Numbered from the stretch's first letter, positions 29,565-39,398 are shown. The stretch is 41,153 bases of DNA from Promethearchaeota archaeon (GCA_016839705.1 JAEOTR010000081.1:1-41153); one strand, 5' to 3'. Program-made: numbers and translations. The notes: a model not told the origin generated them from the sequence alone.

Positions 29565-31289
29565 ATGAGTGAAATGAAAACCGAGGTATATATAAACAAG
29601 ATTATTGAAAACACGGGCTTAACGAGAAAGGAAATTCAAGATATGGTTGGAGACAAGAAGAATGAATTAAAAGGTTTAATATCTGAAGAGGGAGCATTAT
29701 TTATTATTGCCAGAGAGTTAGGTGTTGATGTAAAGGAGGAAAATAAAGATCTAATAAAGGATATCGAAATAAATATATCTGATATTACTCCTAATATGAA
29801 AAATATCGTTTTAGTAGGAAGGATTAAGGAAATTCATCGCGTAAACAAGTTTAATAAGAATGATGGTGGAGTTGGTTATGTGGGGTCTTTCTTATTACAT
29901 GATAAGACAGGAGATATTCGAATTGTATTATGGGATGACCAAGTAAGTATTTTTAATAACAACAATTTTGAAATAAATGAATTAGTTAAATTATTCAATG
30001 GCATTGCAAGGAAAGGGAGATACGATGAATTAGAAATACATGTAGGAAGATATGGAAAGATATTATTATCTCCGGATGATGTAGATTTTAAAAATTATCC
30101 CAAAATAAAATTTAAATTAACTAATATAAATGATATTAATTTAAGTCTAAACTCTATATCAATTGAAGGGAAGATAATTCAATTTACACCAATAAAAGAA
30201 TTTACAAAAAAAGATGGTGAACCAGGAAAAGTAGGATCTCTAACTCTATTAGATTCTACAGGATCTATAAGACTAACGTTTTGGAACGATGACGTTGAAA
30301 AAATTGAAAATTTAGAAATTGATGATGCTATAACAGTATCCAATCTCACTCCACGATTAAACACTTATGATTCTAAATCTATTGATTTGTACGCTAATAG
30401 AAGCTCGGTTGTTAAAAAGATATCAAAAAACATCCAAATAAAGGGAGAACTAGTACAGAAGATTGGAAATCTTCAAAATCATAAAGGTATTGTATCATTT
30501 AAAGGAAAAGTAACATCAGTTGATAATTTAAAAATAATTGAATCAAAATTAGGTGAAAAAATCTCCCTATTGGGATTTATCGTCAGTGATGATACAGATG
30601 GAATTAGAATTACATTATGGAGAGAAAAAGCAGAGGAATTTTCAGAAAAATTGTCAGTTGGCCAAGGACTACTGCTGAAAAACGTTATGGTAAAGTATAG
30701 CAACTTTTCGCAAAGAAATGAAATATCCTTAATAAACGAATCAAGTATTGAATTAAAAGAATTTGAAATTAAGAACCTAAAGACGATAGACTTGACGAAC
30801 GCCAACTCTCGCGCAAATTTTTCTGGAAATTATAATAAAATCGATTCTATAAATGCATCAACGAATATAGAAATTAAGGGTTTTATTGCAAGAGATCTTA
30901 ACAATATATCAATTTATGAGGCATGTACAAAGTGCTTCAAAAAAGTGGATAACTGTGTGTGTAATACAGCAAATGAAACAGAGTTTCGAATGATTGTCAA
31001 TCTTATAATTGATGATGGAACAGGTTCAATTAGAACAACATTTATAGGTGATATAGCAGAAAAGCTTATGATGGTAAAGACAGAAAAACTCGTCCAAATT
31101 AAGGAAACACCCGATTTTGATAAATTTATGGAGAAAAAGTCTTCTGAACTTTTAGGTAAAGATATAATCATTAAAGGAAAATCAAAATTCAGTGATTATT
31201 CAAACTCATATGAAATAATGTCTTATGATTTTAAATATCTAAATGTTGATGAAGAATTGGAAAGGGAAATAAGAAAGATTGAAACTTAA
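29565..31289 (+). CDS. Replication protein A large subunit (RPA1-like)
   Basis: N-terminal GLISEEGAL.IIA.ELGV domain, repeated D.TG.IR..(L/F)W OB folds, and a Zn finger (CTKC...C.C) in the C-terminal OB fold. Confidence 0.9.
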   Translation: MSEMKTEVYINKIIENTGLTRKEIQDMVGDKKNELKGLISEEGALFIIARELGVDVKEENKDLIKDIEINISDITPNMKNIVLVGRIKEIHRVNKFNKNDGGVGYVGSFLLHDKTGDIRIVLWDDQVSIFNNNNFEINELVKLFNGIARKGRYDELEIHVGRYGKILLSPDDVDFKNYPKIKFKLTNINDINLSLNSISIEGKIIQFTPIKEFTKKDGEPGKVGSLTLLDSTGSIRLTFWNDDVEKIENLEIDDAITVSNLTPRLNTYDSKSIDLYANRSSVVKKISKNIQIKGELVQKIGNLQNHKGIVSFKGKVTSVDNLKIIESKLGEKISLLGFIVSDDTDGIRITLWREKAEEFSEKLSVGQGLLLKNVMVKYSNFSQRNEISLINESSIELKEFEIKNLKTIDLTNANSRANFSGNYNKIDSINASTNIEIKGFIARDLNNISIYEACTKCFKKVDNCVCNTANETEFRMIVNLIIDDGTGSIRTTFIGDIAEKLMMVKTEKLVQIKETPDFDKFMEKKSSELLGKDIIIKGKSKFSDYSNSYEIMSYDFKYLNVDEELEREIRKIET

Positions 31290-31403
31290 ACCTTCTTCCT
31301 TTATTATTTTCATCTATACGTAGTTATAATGTGATCATTAAACTTTCGTTAAATTATGATTAACCAGATTTCTAATCTTTAACAATAAAATTTAAAACTC
31401 TTA

Positions 31404-31835
31404 TTAAGAAATTAGACAAATTTTACTAAATTTTTCAGGATTCTTAATGATATTAGTGTATTTTTCATGGATTATCTCAGGAGTCATGTTTGAGAGTTGT
31501 TGATTAAATGGCCAAACACCAATTAATACATCACCTAACTTTTTAACGTTGCCTATTAAATGTCCTTGTTTTTCTCCGTTTGATGTAAAAAGGATTACTA
31601 AATAATAATTATAACTAAATTTTGTCTCAACATTTCCCACAACTATAACTTCCTCAATATTTTGAAAACTGATAACCTTATCATTTTGTATGCTTAAATT
31701 TTTTAATTCTAGAATCAATTTTGCAGGAATAGTTAAGGGATTTTTTAAGTTTAAATCTTTAAAACTTAATGAAAGGTTCGTATTCTCAATTTGCTCAATT
31801 GCTTTAAATATTACTTTATAAATTATAGAATCCAT
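31404..31835 (-). CDS. Hypothetical protein
   Basis: 143-aa ORF with ATG start, downstream of aIF1. No family recognised. Confidence 0.65.
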   Translation of the reverse strand: MDSIIYKVIFKAIEQIENTNLSLSFKDLNLKNPLTIPAKLILELKNLSIQNDKVISFQNIEEVIVVGNVETKFSYNYYLVILFTSNGEKQGHLIGNVKKLGDVLIGVWPFNQQLSNMTPEIIHEKYTNIIKNPEKFSKICLIS

Positions 31836-31933
31836 ACAAGTTGCTAAAACAGATATGCTTTAAGATCGAATTAATTATTAGTAGAATAATTTGCATAACA
31901 TCTATGCTTGTAGTAATCTTAAGATAATGTGAT

Positions 31934-32251
31934 CTATTGTTGGATAAGAATATTTTCTTCAGGAAATCCCAAATCAATTAATAGCTTTTTCATCTTAAAT
32001 CGATGATCTCCTTGAAGTTCAACTTCATTATCTCTCACAGTTCCACCAGAAGCACATTTTTTTTTTGCTTTTGTCAAAATATTTTTCAAATTTACATCAA
32101 AATTACCAATAAAAGAAATAACAGTAACAATCCGCCCCCATTTACGCCTATCGTTTGAGATTATTATTTGTTGTTCATCAGCACTTAAGCTATCACATAT
32201 ACAGAGCTCTTTTGGAAAACTACATAATGGACATATGTCGTCGTCTTTAAT
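31934..32251 (-). CDS. sui1: Translation initiation factor aIF1 (SUI1), apparent AUU start; absent from the ORF track
   Basis: IKDDDICPLCSFPKELCICDSLSADEQQIIISNDRRKWGRIVTVISFIGNFDVNLKNILTKAKKKCASGGTVRDNEVELQGDHRFKMKKLLIDLGFPEENILIQQ* (105 aa). It has a CxxC..P..LCxC Zn knuckle, an RRKWGR.VT loop, CASGGTV and ELQGDHR. Confidence 0.95.
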   Translation of the reverse strand: MKDDDICPLCSFPKELCICDSLSADEQQIIISNDRRKWGRIVTVISFIGNFDVNLKNILTKAKKKCASGGTVRDNEVELQGDHRFKMKKLLIDLGFPEENILIQQ

Positions 32252-32259
32252 GCTTTCTT

Positions 32260-32264
32260 ATCAC
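32260..32264 (-). promoter_or_regulatory. Shine-Dalgarno element (GTGAT) 8 nt upstream of the aIF1 ATT codon
   Basis: Complementary to the 16S 3' tail GAUCACCUCCU, which is visible at 41033-41043. Confidence 0.6.
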
Positions 32265-32560
32265 AACCTTCGTTATTCAAATTATTAATTAATAGAGTAC
32301 TAAACAATAATAGAATAAAATCTTATAAAAATCTTTTTCATTTTAGAAAATGACTCTATTCTTATTCAAAAAGATTTCTATATACCTATTTGTTTTTATA
32401 AAAATTAAAAAAATCTAATTGATTATTTGATTTATTTTTTTTATTATCTAATTCCTTCCATTTAAAAGAAAAGGCAATCAAAAAAGTATATAAAGTAAAA
32501 TTTTTATTATTTATAAATGAGCGTGTTCTTTATGTTAAAATAATTATGTAATTTACTATA

Positions 32561-33088
32561 ATGCAAAGTTCATGGATATTTAAAGTTATTGTCGCTGGTG
32601 CAGGTGGTGTGGGAAAAACAGCAATGATAACGCGTTATTGTACTGGAAAATTCCAAGAAGGTTATAAAATGACAATTGGAGCAGGATTTCACACCAAATC
32701 TGAGACGCTCGATACCGGAGAAGCCGTTAAAATGCAATTATGGGATTTTGCAGGTGAAAAACGATTCCGTGAACTCTTACCTGACTATTGTAAAGGTGCG
32801 AGTGGAGCGTTTATATGTTTTGATATTACAGATTATGATACGTTCAGAGAAATTCCAGAATGGCTTAAAATTATTCGTCAAAAAGCGGGTTTTATCCCAA
32901 TCATTCTGATGGGTATGAAATGGGACCTTCAAAATCATGAAGTCGATTTTGAAATTGCGAATAATTACGCCTTACAAGCAAAGTGTAATCAGTGTGTATT
33001 CAGTTCTTCAAAAAATAACATTAACATTAATGAATCATTTCGAGCTATGGGGAAATGGTTGATTTATTTTGCCTCTCAAACTGAATGA
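32561..33088 (+). CDS. Ras-superfamily small GTPase (Rab-like, Asgard type)
   Basis: G1 GAGGVGKT, G2 TIG, G3 WDFAGE, G4 variant MKWD, G5 SSK. No CaaX tail. Confidence 0.92.
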   Translation: MQSSWIFKVIVAGAGGVGKTAMITRYCTGKFQEGYKMTIGAGFHTKSETLDTGEAVKMQLWDFAGEKRFRELLPDYCKGASGAFICFDITDYDTFREIPEWLKIIRQKAGFIPIILMGMKWDLQNHEVDFEIANNYALQAKCNQCVFSSSKNNININESFRAMGKWLIYFASQTE

Positions 33089-33182
33089 TCTTTATCCTAT
33101 TAATTTAAAAAATATTAGTAATAAATGAGTAAAAACTAAATAGGATATTTAATAAAATTATATATAAAAAAATATAAAATAC

Positions 33183-33287
33183 GCCTCCGTAGCTCAGCTA
33201 GGTAGAGCACCCGGCTGTTAACTGGGCGGTCGCATGTTCGATTTCGTTGTTCAATCTCTGAACAAGAAGAAAACCATGCCGGGGGCG
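33183..33287 (+). tRNA. tRNA-Asn(GTT) with a 31-nt T-loop intron at 59/60 (33243-33273)
   Basis: GCCTCCG/CGGGGGC acceptor stem, CTGTTAA anticodon loop, and a GCATG/CATGC T-stem interrupted by a hairpin insert. Confidence 0.92.
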
Positions 33288-33585
33288 CATTTCTTCCATC
33301 TAATTTTAAATATTTTTTTCCCTTTCTCAGTTATAACTATGCACGTATTATTATTTCTCCTTTTTTAGAGATTAATCCTTTTTTCAATTGTATTTGAATA
33401 TTTTTACATGCATTTCTAGGATGCAATTTCAGAATTAAGTGCAATCATAAAAATTTTTATGGAAAACTAATTTTCTTCCCTTTTTTAATTTTTATAATTC
33501 TTATCAAAAATCGCTAAATATTATTTTTCTTACGAGTTATATCTCGAAATTTCTAAATCCTAATATTAATTAGAGAGGAAAATTG

Positions 33586-33720
33586 TGCTCCTGCCGGGAT
33601 TCGAACCCGGTTAATGATACAAAACGAAAGGATCTGTATTGTCACCAGGGTGAAAGCCTAGCATGCCAAGCCCTTTCTAATCTATAGAGTGAAAGATTGG
33701 CCGGACTACACTACAGGAGC
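33586..33720 (-). tRNA. tRNA-Glu(TTC) with two introns: 21/22 (33667-33696) and 48/49 (33611-33640)
   Basis: GCTCCTG/CAGGAGC acceptor stem, CTTTCAC loop, and BHB-like helices GGCC/GGCT and GGTG/CATT. Confidence 0.92.
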
Positions 33721-33864
33721 ATGGAATTCCTATTTTATCACGTTTTTTAAAAAAATGTCTATAGAAATTTTTAACTGTGATTATTAGTAGAGTCTGTAAA
33801 CATTAAAATTTTACTTTTCTTAAATTAGAAAAAAATATTGGTAATAAAACGAACTAATAAAAAA

Positions 33865-33982
33865 TGCGGGAAGGGAGATTTGAACTCCCGAACTCCTACG
33901 AGAATGGATTCTAAGTCCACCACCTCTAGTCGACCTTTGATTAAACCATTTCTAGTCTTTGACCAGACTTGGCGATTCCCGC
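33865..33982 (-). tRNA. tRNA-Leu(TAG) with a 33-nt D-arm intron at 21/22 (33926-33958)
   Basis: GCGGGAA/TTCCCGC acceptor stem, CTTAGAA loop, long variable arm, and BHB helix GGTC/GACT. Confidence 0.92.
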
Positions 33983-34149
33983 AATTTAAGAACAAATATT
34001 AGATTTAATATTTAAATAAGAAGATTTAAAATTAAAAAATTTATTATGACAAAATTCAATTTTATATGCGATTGAAATAAATGATAAAAATTTATAATAT
34101 AATATAAGAGAAAAATATTATAGTATAACACAAAAAAAATTGGGTCTTT

Positions 34150-35151
34150 TTGATGAGTGTAAGGGATTCTTTAATAAAACATTTAACATCTATTTTACGA
34201 GCATCAGAGGGCACTATTTTGGTGCTTCTCTGTGATCAAAATGGTCTTTCCATAGCAAAGATTGGTAGAAAAAGCGATATAGACTTAAATCCAAATCAAA
34301 TTACAAGTCTAGCATCAGCTGCTTTTACGGCAAGTGAAGAAAATTGGGAAGATCTGAATATTAACGATCAAGTTATTTCCTTTTCATTTTTCGATAAGGT
34401 GTGTTTAATAACAATTAGAATTAATGAAACACTCTTAACAATTGTTCATGATTACCATAAAGAATGGCCATTAGATGCAGATAATTTAGCTGCTTCAATG
34501 TATTATTTGAAACAAAAATTGGGAGAATTTTTTGGAAATGGGAATGAAACGGAAGCAGAGATCGAGAGATTTTGTGATAAAGTGAGAAGTGCAATGTATC
34601 TTTTTGGAATGGGATCAGATGTTCCATTTGTGTCTTATACACAAGATGGTTTTGATACATCGAATTTACTTCCTGCAATTAGTACAATCTTAGATTCTCT
34701 TCAGAACCCTATCTTTATAAGATATGGATTAGTAGGGGGATCAGGGCTCACATTAGATGCGAGGGAGATTAGTGGTCAGAATTTACCTATATCCATTGAG
34801 GCTTTTTCAGCAAATGCTCATGTTGCTTTTCAAAAAATGAAAGAAGAATCTGAAGGAAGCTCAATAGGAAACCTATTATGTTATGTTGCGATATCTGGTA
34901 GAGATTCTGAAAATTTTTATGGACTAGTCGCTTGCCCTGCTGGAACATTGAAATATTCAAATATAGAGGATTCGTCCAACAATGAAGATATTTCTTTTAT
35001 TGGATTATTTGCATTAACATATGGGGGCATACCTGTTATTTGTGAATCAAGGAATATAATATATTCAATAATGCAAGTAGTGGGTAGTGAACAGACAACG
35101 GAAAACTTTATAAAATCTGTTAATGTCCTCACTAGTTTTAAATATGAATAA
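34150..35151 (+). CDS. Roadblock/LC7-domain protein (probably two roadblock-like domains)
   Basis: The N-terminal LLCDQNGLSIA...I.SLASAAF is a roadblock pattern. A second similar unit reads LVGGSGLTLD...EAFSANAHVAF. Confidence 0.7.
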   Translation: MMSVRDSLIKHLTSILRASEGTILVLLCDQNGLSIAKIGRKSDIDLNPNQITSLASAAFTASEENWEDLNINDQVISFSFFDKVCLITIRINETLLTIVHDYHKEWPLDADNLAASMYYLKQKLGEFFGNGNETEAEIERFCDKVRSAMYLFGMGSDVPFVSYTQDGFDTSNLLPAISTILDSLQNPIFIRYGLVGGSGLTLDAREISGQNLPISIEAFSANAHVAFQKMKEESEGSSIGNLLCYVAISGRDSENFYGLVACPAGTLKYSNIEDSSNNEDISFIGLFALTYGGIPVICESRNIIYSIMQVVGSEQTTENFIKSVNVLTSFKYE

Positions 35152-35217
35152 TTAACTGCTAAAATGCTTTTTTAGCTTTATTTAATATTAAAAAATTTGA
35201 GTTTCTTGATGTGAATT

Positions 35218-35670
35218 ATGACAAATTTGGCATTAATACCGAAATTATACTGTCTTCATTTTAATGAGTGTGAACCAAAAAAATGTACCGCAACCAAGTT
35301 GAATCGATTTAATCTTTTAAAAATAATTAAAAAAGTTAAGGGAAATTTAAAAAATTCGATAATTCTGAACCCTTTTGCTCAGAAGATTATTTCTATTAAT
35401 GATAGAGAATTAATATTGAGATATGGTTTGATAGTAATTGATTGTTCATGGAAAAAACTACTAAAATTAACCGAATTAGAATACAACAATTATCGAAAAT
35501 TACCTTCATTAATGGCTACCAATCCAGTAAATTATGGAAAATGGGAAAAATTAAGTTCTGCAGAAGCCTTAGCAGCCGCTCTCTTTATCACAAATTTTTA
35601 CGATTATGGCAATTTAATCCTTTCAAAATTTCCCTGGGGAATTCAATTTAAGAAGTTAAATAATTTTTAA
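35218..35670 (+). CDS. tsr3: SSU rRNA aminocarboxypropyltransferase Tsr3 (DUF367)
   Basis: ECEPKKCT, LNPFA, IDCSW, RKLP.L.A.NPVNYG...LSSAEALAAAL, F.WG..F. Confidence 0.93.
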   Translation: MTNLALIPKLYCLHFNECEPKKCTATKLNRFNLLKIIKKVKGNLKNSIILNPFAQKIISINDRELILRYGLIVIDCSWKKLLKLTELEYNNYRKLPSLMATNPVNYGKWEKLSSAEALAAALFITNFYDYGNLILSKFPWGIQFKKLNNF

Positions 35671-35703
35671 AAAAATTAGAAAAAATAAAAACAAAAAAAT
35701 AAT

Positions 35704-37308
35704 TTATTCCATCCCACCCTTAGATAAAGTTGATGCTGCGATAACATCATCGATTTTAAGGATCATAGAGGAGACTTCAGTGGCGGATTGAATTGCTTGT
35801 GTTAAAATTGATAATGGTTCAAGAACTCCAAGCTTCATCATATCGTCTGGTTTTCCTGTATCTATATTTATTCCATAAGATTTCCCATCTTCAATTTCAT
35901 GTTTTGATCTCAGCTCAACAATTAAATCTACAGGGTTGTAACCCGCATTTTCAACTAGAGTTTTAGGAATTATTTCTAGAGCATTAGCAAAAATTTCAAT
36001 AGCTAATTGTTCTCTACCCCCGATTGATCTGGCATAAGCTCTCAACCTTTTGGCTAATTCTATTTCAGATGCGCCACCACCAGGTAAAATATAAGGATGC
36101 TCTATTGCAGCTTTAACGACAGATAAAGCATCATGGAGCATTCTTTCTGCTTCATCAACCACATGTTCTATTCCGGCTCTAATCAATATGCTCACCGCTT
36201 TTGGATCTGCACATTCTGATACAAAAATCATATTGTCATCTCCAATTTTTTTTTCTTCGACTTTTCCTGCATATCCTAGGTCATTCGGAGTTACTTCGAA
36301 TATATTGTTAATAATTTTCGCATTAGTTGCTCTTGCCAGCTTTTCCATATCAGATCGTTTTACTCTACGAACAGTTATTATATTTTCTTTTGCTAGAAAG
36401 TTTTGTGCTTTATCATCAACACCTTTTTGGCAAAAGACTACATTTGCACCAAGTTCTTTTAATTTTAATACGCGATTTTTTAGCATATTTGCCTCTTCTT
36501 CAAGGAATTTATTAATTTGATCAGGGGTTTGCACTCTTATTTCAGCATCAAACTCAGTTTTTTCTACTTCTAATGAAGAATTAATCAAGGCGATTTTGGC
36601 ATTTTTTATTGATTTCGGCATCATAGGATGGACAATTTCCTTATCTACAATTATTCCATCAATGCTGCTAGTATCTAGGAGACTTTTTCCCTCTTTTTTA
36701 ATAACTTGAATTTGATCTAAATCGATTATTATATTTTCTCCACGTTTCTCTTTAATTTGACTTACTGTTTTGACTGCGATACCTGCTATATGACTCTTTA
36801 CACCAGATATTAATTTACTATTCATAGATGTTTCTGCAACTTTCAATAGTGTCTCTTTATCGTTAGGGTCTATCTTAATTGCTAAGTCCTGTAGTAGTTC
36901 TTTACTTTTTAATAGAGATTTTCTATATCCTCGAAAAATTATAGTTGGATGGACGGATTGTTCCATTAATTCTTGTGCTAGATTTAATAGCTCTCCTGAA
37001 ATAATAACACTAGTTGTTGTCCCATCTCCAACTTTCTTGTCTTGTGTTTTAGCAACCTCAACTATCATTTTAGCTGCGGGGTGTTCAACATCAATAGTGT
37101 CTAATATTGTTGCACCATCATTAGTAATTGTGACATCTCCTAAAGAATCAACTAACATTTTATCCATACCTTTTGGTCCAAGTGTGGTTCTAACGGCTTC
37201 AGCAACTGCTTTTGCAGCGGCAATATTGTTTTTTTGAGCATCTTTTCCTCGTTTCCTTTCTGTCCCTTCTTTTAATATGAGGATTGGGACACCAGATAAT
37301 TGTGCCAT
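35704..37308 (-). CDS. ths: Thermosome (group II chaperonin) subunit
   Basis: [39 protein letters not shown]. Confidence 0.97.
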   Translation of the reverse strand: MAQLSGVPILILKEGTERKRGKDAQKNNIAAAKAVAEAVRTTLGPKGMDKMLVDSLGDVTITNDGATILDTIDVEHPAAKMIVEVAKTQDKKVGDGTTTSVIISGELLNLAQELMEQSVHPTIIFRGYRKSLLKSKELLQDLAIKIDPNDKETLLKVAETSMNSKLISGVKSHIAGIAVKTVSQIKEKRGENIIIDLDQIQVIKKEGKSLLDTSSIDGIIVDKEIVHPMMPKSIKNAKIALINSSLEVEKTEFDAEIRVQTPDQINKFLEEEANMLKNRVLKLKELGANVVFCQKGVDDKAQNFLAKENIITVRRVKRSDMEKLARATNAKIINNIFEVTPNDLGYAGKVEEKKIGDDNMIFVSECADPKAVSILIRAGIEHVVDEAERMLHDALSVVKAAIEHPYILPGGGASEIELAKRLRAYARSIGGREQLAIEIFANALEIIPKTLVENAGYNPVDLIVELRSKHEIEDGKSYGINIDTGKPDDMMKLGVLEPLSILTQAIQSATEVSSMILKIDDVIAASTLSKGGME

Positions 37309-37602
37309 TTCTTATTCACTTTTTGATAGTAATGTTTATACTTTTCTTTATATAGATCTCTAAGTCATAAAATTAAAAAACTTTACGAAATATCCATAAG
37401 TTTGATTTATAATATCTCTATTTATAAATCTGAAGTAGATTAAATTTAAAGGATGATGGGTACTAGAATTAAATTATCGAAGATATGTTAATTTTACTGT
37501 TTTATTACCTTAGGGTAAGATTTTAGTATATTCTTAAGAAGTTAGGAATTTATTGTGGTTTTTAATACTACAAGATAATAAAGAAATAAAACTCTTATTT
37601 TT

Positions 37603-39375
37603 ATGATAACGTTCTTAATATTTCTAAGCATTAGTATTATTGGTTTAATCTTTAATATTATTGTATATTTAAATCAAGAATCCTGTTATAGTAGTACTTC
37701 TTATAAACTATTGCTAATCATTTTTTTGATAAGCTCAACAATATTTCTTTGTTTGAATTTACCATACTTTATCATTAATGATTCAAAGTTATTTTTAGAA
37801 ATTAGTCATGAAGTTATTCTTCCCACAATCTTATTTAATTTATCAATTATCTTTTATTTCTCATCTATCATATTAAATATATTAGTATTTTTCGAGGTTG
37901 ATAAAAACATTGTCAATTTAGAAAAACCTTCACGTTTAATTTCAAAAAAGGGTGAAATCCCAATAGGGAGAATTTTAAAAGGAAAAATTAGAAAACAAAA
38001 GTTTCTCTTATCGTTAAAGGATCTCGAGAAGCATATGTTCATATGCGGAGCTACAGGAACAGGAAAAAGTAATTTTCTTATGAATTTCTTAATTAATTTT
38101 TCAAAAATTTTTAAAATACCTTTTTTTCTAGTAGAATTTAAAGGAGAATATCATTTTTTACAAAAAAGGATTGAAGATGTACTTATTTTTTGGCCAGGAG
38201 AGAATTTCTCTATCAATATTTTTAATCCAGGAGGGGCTAACCCTACGATCCATGCTGAACGAATTTTTGACATTTTAAAAAGTGGGCAGTTTTTAGATGA
38301 AAAAACTGAATTCTCTCCACAGATGGAAAAAGTAATGGTTGAGATATTAATCAAAGTCTGTCAAGATGATGAATATCAGAATTGGGAAGGATTTGAAAAT
38401 CTATGCACTATATATCAGAAAGAAAACAGGAATAATATTCCTATGTTAAATCAAACGCTTATTAGTATTAAAAATAGAATCAGAAGATTCTCCAGTGGAC
38501 CTTTAAAGGCACTCTTTGAAGGAAATAATGATATAAACATTGATGAGTTATTCGAGAGAAATATTTTGCTAGACTTAAGCTCAATTATCCGTTTAGGTGG
38601 TGAAAAAGAAGATGCACTCTTCTTTTTAAATATGGTGCTTAAATATTTATGGGATAAAAATTTGATGAAGGGTGCCACTGGTTTTAAGGGAATTAAACAT
38701 CTTACTATAATCGAGGATGCTCAATATTTCGCTCCTCAAGATTTAGTAAAAAAAAGTAAAATAACTACATATCTTGAAGATATTGCTTTACTACAAAGAG
38801 GGACTGGGGAATGCTTAATAAGCTTAGCTACTCGCCCAGATATAAGCAAAGATATCCTAGCAAATAACGGGATTGTATTAACTTTTAAAAGTCATATAGA
38901 AAAAGAAATAATGTGTGAATTATTAAATCTTGACTCAGAAAACAAAGGAATTTTATCTGGTTTAGAAGAAGGTCAGTGTATTATAAGAGTAAATTCGATT
39001 AAAGAACCATTCCTATTAGATATACCTTACGTTGAGCATAATACTTTAGGTTTTTCAGAAATATATAAGAATAATAAGAGTATTTTGGAAGAGAATAAGC
39101 AAGAAGTAGACCCTATAAAAAATTTTAAAAAATCCATGTTTGGTGCCCATTTTAAAAAGGTTTCTAATTTATTTAAGAGCGTTTTCTATTCGAGGTTAAA
39201 AATAATTGGTAAGAAAAAAAAAAAAGGAGAAAAATCTTTTAATCATCAAATCTATGTAAAAGATTTATTAGAATCAGAGAAAAATATTTCCCTGAATGAT
39301 CTAGAGGAAAGAGCCTTCGAAGATCTAGAAAAATATATTACATCTTTAGATAAGATGCAAAAGGAAAAGGAATAA
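37603..39375 (+). CDS. Membrane-anchored HerA/VirB4-like (DUF87) ATPase
   Basis: Three N-terminal TM segments, KHMFICGATGTGKS, EFKGEY, and a variant Walker B IIEDAQ. Confidence 0.82.
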   Translation: MITFLIFLSISIIGLIFNIIVYLNQESCYSSTSYKLLLIIFLISSTIFLCLNLPYFIINDSKLFLEISHEVILPTILFNLSIIFYFSSIILNILVFFEVDKNIVNLEKPSRLISKKGEIPIGRILKGKIRKQKFLLSLKDLEKHMFICGATGTGKSNFLMNFLINFSKIFKIPFFLVEFKGEYHFLQKRIEDVLIFWPGENFSINIFNPGGANPTIHAERIFDILKSGQFLDEKTEFSPQMEKVMVEILIKVCQDDEYQNWEGFENLCTIYQKENRNNIPMLNQTLISIKNRIRRFSSGPLKALFEGNNDINIDELFERNILLDLSSIIRLGGEKEDALFFLNMVLKYLWDKNLMKGATGFKGIKHLTIIEDAQYFAPQDLVKKSKITTYLEDIALLQRGTGECLISLATRPDISKDILANNGIVLTFKSHIEKEIMCELLNLDSENKGILSGLEEGQCIIRVNSIKEPFLLDIPYVEHNTLGFSEIYKNNKSILEENKQEVDPIKNFKKSMFGAHFKKVSNLFKSVFYSRLKIIGKKKKKGEKSFNHQIYVKDLLESEKNISLNDLEERAFEDLEKYITSLDKMQKEKE

Positions 39376-39398
39376 ATTATAAACGATAATAATTCAAT

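Noticed and set aside
31934-32251. aIF1 as a pseudogene, or frameshifted at the 10-A run (32057-32066)
   Set aside because: The A-run is in frame (GCA AAA AAA AAA TGT) and all motifs are intact. Only the start codon is unusual.
22744-33100. Selenocysteine read-through at TGA stops (profilin-like gene, small GTPase, etc.)
   Set aside because: The TGA codons fall at natural C-termini, and no convincing downstream extension or SECIS-like hairpin was seen.
33288-33585. Integrated element at the tRNA cluster
   Set aside because: No integrase and no duplicated tRNA 3' end (att site); only an AT-rich spacer.
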